DNA of 64,000 nt from Bdellovibrionota bacterium (GTDB lineage: Bacteria > Bdellovibrionota_G > JALEGL01 > DATDPG01): NCBI GenBank assembly GCA_963668355.1, contig OY764265.1, positions 512,001 through 576,000 on the forward strand, in the 5' to 3' direction. Below are positions 60,674 through 64,000 of this stretch, piece by piece; position 1 is the first letter of the stretch; each line of letters opens with the position of its first letter. The notes under the pieces are model-generated. The model worked only from the letters and a program-made list of their open reading frames with translations. It ran no database searches and was not told where the DNA came from. Both the position numbers and the translations under genes were made by a program.

Positions 60674-62127
60674 GAGAGTTCTTTCAAGAAGCTACACTGG
60701 ACGAACTCCGAAAGATTTTGGACTCAAAGAAAATCTCCTCGGTGGAATTAACCAAACATTTTTTGGATGAGATCGACAACCGAGACCATCTCTTCAATGC
60801 TTTTCTCACGATCGTTCCCGAAGTCGCCATCGATCAGGCTCAAAAAGCTGACGAACAAATTGCGTCTGGCCAAAGTCAACCCCTCACCGGCATCCCCGTG
60901 GCGATAAAAGACGTCATCCTCACGAAAGAACAGCGAACCACGGCGGGATCTCAGATGCTCCAACGATTCTTCTCTCCCTACGAAAGCACGGTCACACAAA
61001 AACTCAAAAACCAGGGAGCGGTCTTAATTGGAAAAACCAATTGTGACGAATTTGCCATGGGCTCCTCCAATGAATTTACAGCCTATGAAAAAGCAAAAAA
61101 CCCTTGGAACCTCAATCGCGTTCCCGGGGGAAGTAGTGGGGGATCCGCAGCCGCTATCGCTTCCCGTGAAGTCCCTCTGGCCCTGGGCAGCGACACCGGA
61201 GGGTCCATTCGACAGCCCTGCGCCTTATGTGGAATCGCAGGCTTAAGGCCGACGTATGGACGCGTTTCTCGTCATGGCTTAATCGCCTTTGCTTCCTCCT
61301 TCGACCAAATTGGCCCCATGGCCAAACGCGTACAAGATGTCGAAATCCTTTTTCAAGCCATCGCGGGAGCAGATGAAAAAGATCCGACCTGTTCCACGCA
61401 GCCGCTGGAGCATCCGGAGGAAAGAGAGTCTTTGGAGGGACTCACCGTAGGCATTCCTCAGGAGTTCCTTAAGGAAGGGTTAAACCCAGCCATTCGAAAA
61501 AACTTTCAACAGACCATCGAGCAATTGAAAACCCTTGGAGCCCACACGAAGACCATTTCTCTGCCGAAAACGTCCCACGCACTGGCCTCGTATTACGTTC
61601 TTTCCTCGGCCGAAGCGTCCAGCAATCTCTCTCGATTCGATGGAGTCCGATATACCGCCCGAGCGAACAACCCCAAAAACTTTGAAGACGTATTCAACAA
61701 ATCTCGATCACAATTTTTTGGAGAAGAGGTTAAACGAAGAATTCTTTTGGGGACCTTCGTTTTAAGCGCGGGATATTACGGAGACTATTATGAAAAGGCC
61801 CAGAGAGTCCGATCTATGATCAAGCATGATTTTTTTAAAACGTTTCAAACCGTGGATGTCATCGCCACGCCAACCACGCCAACCGAAGCTTTTGAGTTGG
61901 GTAGCAAAACCAAGAGCCCTCTTCAAATGTATCTGTCCGACCTCCTGACAGCCCCGGCTTCTCTGGCGGGAATTCCAGCTCTGGTTGTCCCCTCCGGATT
62001 CTCCAAAGAAGGGCTCCCCATGGGTCTCCAACTCATGGGAAGACCCTATTCGGAAGCTTTTTTATTCTCCGTGGGGAAATGCTTTGAGGAAGCCACCCGA
62101 CATTATGAGAGGAGGCCGCCCTCATGA
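60670..62127 (+). CDS. gatA: Asp/Glu-tRNA amidotransferase subunit A
   Basis: AIKD, DEFAMGS, GGSSGGS, GSDTGGSIRQP, EVKRRILLG. Confidence 0.97.
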   Translation: MREFFQEATLDELRKILDSKKISSVELTKHFLDEIDNRDHLFNAFLTIVPEVAIDQAQKADEQIASGQSQPLTGIPVAIKDVILTKEQRTTAGSQMLQRFFSPYESTVTQKLKNQGAVLIGKTNCDEFAMGSSNEFTAYEKAKNPWNLNRVPGGSSGGSAAAIASREVPLALGSDTGGSIRQPCALCGIAGLRPTYGRVSRHGLIAFASSFDQIGPMAKRVQDVEILFQAIAGADEKDPTCSTQPLEHPEERESLEGLTVGIPQEFLKEGLNPAIRKNFQQTIEQLKTLGAHTKTISLPKTSHALASYYVLSSAEASSNLSRFDGVRYTARANNPKNFEDVFNKSRSQFFGEEVKRRILLGTFVLSAGYYGDYYEKAQRVRSMIKHDFFKTFQTVDVIATPTTPTEAFELGSKTKSPLQMYLSDLLTAPASLAGIPALVVPSGFSKEGLPMGLQLMGRPYSEAFLFSVGKCFEEATRHYERRPPS

Positions 62128-63047
62128 GCTGGACCCCCATGATCGGCCTAGAGATTCATGCGCAACTTAAAACAAGAACAAAGCTGTTTTGCCGATGTGC
62201 CAATGCGTTTGGAGGGCCTCCCAATTCACGGACCTGCCCCATCTGTTTGGGATTTCCTGGAGCCCTCCCAAGGTTAAACCCCACGGCGATTCGTTTGGGA
62301 ATCCGTTTAGGCTTGGCTTTGGGGTCTGATCTACAAGAGCGATCCGCCTTCGCACGAAAAAACTATTTTTATCCAGACCTTCCCAAGGGCTACCAAATCA
62401 CTCAGTTTGATTTTCCTCTAGCAAGAGGAGGAGTCCTAGAGTTTGAAATCGAGAGGGAAAAGCGATCCATGGAATTGGAACGGATTCACCTAGAAGAAGA
62501 TGCCGGAAAACTGATTCACGAAGGCCCGTTCATCGAAGGAGAAGAAAGTTTAATCGACTTCAATAGAGCCGGAATTCCGCTTCTTGAAATCGTGGGAAAA
62601 CCGCAGCTTCGTTCCGGAAAAGAAGCGGCCACATGTTTTCGAAACATCCGCGACCTTCTAAAAAGGGTTCAGGTTTGTGAAGGGAATATGCAAGAAGGAA
62701 ATTTGAGATGTGATGCCAATGTTTCCGTAGCCGACGACTCCAGAGGAACGCCTGGATCGAAAGTCGAAATCAAAAACTTGAATTCCTTTCGATTTCTTGA
62801 ACAAGCTCTCAATTTCGAAATTCAAAGACATGTTTCGCTTTTGGAATCGGGGAAATCGGTCGTCCAGGAAACACGCCTTTGGAATCGACAGAAAAAGCAA
62901 ACGGAAAGCATGCGTCTTAAAGAGCAATCACATGATTATCGATACTTTCCCGAGCCCAACCTTCCACCTGTAAATCTCGACGAGCAAGTCGTGCTGGGCG
63001 AAGAGAATTGGATCCACACTTTTGAAAATAAAAATGTTTTTTTGTGA
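62124..63047 (+). CDS. gatB: Asp/Glu-tRNA amidotransferase subunit B, C-terminally truncated (307 aa)
   Basis: IGLEIH, RKNYFYPDLPKGYQI, HLEEDAGK, RCDANVS, YRYFPEP; stop 27 residues after YRYFPEP. Confidence 0.92.
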   Translation: MSWTPMIGLEIHAQLKTRTKLFCRCANAFGGPPNSRTCPICLGFPGALPRLNPTAIRLGIRLGLALGSDLQERSAFARKNYFYPDLPKGYQITQFDFPLARGGVLEFEIEREKRSMELERIHLEEDAGKLIHEGPFIEGEESLIDFNRAGIPLLEIVGKPQLRSGKEAATCFRNIRDLLKRVQVCEGNMQEGNLRCDANVSVADDSRGTPGSKVEIKNLNSFRFLEQALNFEIQRHVSLLESGKSVVQETRLWNRQKKQTESMRLKEQSHDYRYFPEPNLPPVNLDEQVVLGEENWIHTFENKNVFL

Positions 63048-63109
63048 GGCCGGTCGTGAAAGAATTCCTTTAAATCATGGCCAACCCATTTTTTTGCGAG
63101 TGTTAAAAT

Positions 63110-64000
63110 ATGAAGATTGAACCCATTGTTTGGAAAAATTCGAACGTATGCGTAATCGACCAAACCCGCCTCCCCCATGAGTTTGTCGTACAAGAATACG
63201 ACGACCCAGAAGAGGTGGCTCGTTCAATCGAAACCATGATCGTTCGAGGGGCCCCTTTGATCGGCGTCACTGCCGCTTTTGGTTTGGCCCTCGCAGCCCA
63301 GAAGAACACATCTCCTTCGTTGGAGGAAGCCCGAAAGTCCTGGTCCAGATGGACCGAACGATTTCACAAAACCCGACCCACGGCCGTAAATCTTTTTTGG
63401 GCCATTGATCGAATGAAGAAGGTTTCAGCCAGAAATTGGAAAGATGTGAATGAATGGAAGAAAAAACTCTTAAGTTCTGCTCAAGCCATTTGCGCTGAAG
63501 ACATTTTATCCTGCGAACTCATGGGAAACCATGGACAGGTTTTAATTCCCAACGGTGCCAAAATTCTAACCCATTGCAATGCTGGAGCTTTGGCTACGGC
63601 CGGATGGGGAACCGCCCTCGGCGTCATTCGCTCGGCTGTGAAAGCCGGGAAAAAGGTTTCCGTCTGGGTGGATGAAACTCGCCCCTTTCTGCAAGGTGCC
63701 CGACTCACGGCCTGGGAAATGAAGGAAGAGGGAATCCCCGCCCAACTCATTACAGACAATATGGCCGGGCATTTCATTTCGCGGGGCGAGGTCGATTTGA
63801 TCATTGTGGGCGCCGATCGAATTGCCTCAAATGGGGATGTCGCCAATAAAATTGGAACCTATTCCTTGGCGGTTCTGGCCTACGAAAACAAAATTCCCAT
63901 GTACGTGGCCGCACCCCTTTCCACCATCGACCTAAAATGTTCCGAAGGATCCCAGATTCCCATTGAGGAGCGTGCCCCCAAAGAGGTCACAGAGGTCGGG
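63110..64000 (+). CDS. mtnA: S-methyl-5-thioribose-1-phosphate isomerase, runs off window
   Basis: IDQTRLP, MIVRGAPLIG, TRPTAVNL, THCNAGALAT, DETRP.LQG, GADRI..NGDVANKIG. Confidence 0.95.
   Translation, partial: MKIEPIVWKNSNVCVIDQTRLPHEFVVQEYDDPEEVARSIETMIVRGAPLIGVTAAFGLALAAQKNTSPSLEEARKSWSRWTERFHKTRPTAVNLFWAIDRMKKVSARNWKDVNEWKKKLLSSAQAICAEDILSCELMGNHGQVLIPNGAKILTHCNAGALATAGWGTALGVIRSAVKAGKKVSVWVDETRPFLQGARLTAWEMKEEGIPAQLITDNMAGHFISRGEVDLIIVGADRIASNGDVANKIGTYSLAVLAYENKIPMYVAAPLSTIDLKCSEGSQIPIEERAPKEVTEVG

Overview
Mostly core chromosomal DNA from what looks like a predatory-type deltaproteobacterial lineage (Bdellovibrionota/Myxococcota-like; inferred from gene content only). Housekeeping genes include glyQS, glnBA, ileS-lspA, dusB, ispE-tRNA-Gln-prs-rplY-pth-rpsF/R-rplI-dnaB, yebC-ruvCAB, hppA, rlmD, gatCAB and mtnA, plus several Na+-coupled nutrient transporters. 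No CRISPR array, prophage or transposase was seen. Main unusual observations: (1) five sigma54-type -24/-12 motifs precede a four-gene Tad/Cpa core, an FHA-like gene pair, two secreted orphan proteins and a two-gene operon. That operon encodes a signal-peptide protein with no further TM helix ending in an intact GGEEF diguanylate cyclase domain, and a secreted putative clan-CD (caspase/CHAT-like) cysteine protease. Together these are a candidate contact-dependent effector-delivery regulon. (2) Ribosomal proteins S6 and S18 are fused in one ORF that retains an S6:S18-type leader. (3) gatB lacks its C-terminal tRNA-binding helical/YqeY region. (4) tRNA-Leu(UAA) has a duplicated 3' end around a small structured insert and is enclosed by a perfect 21-bp inverted repeat. 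All functional assignments come from motif recognition by eye; no database searches were run.
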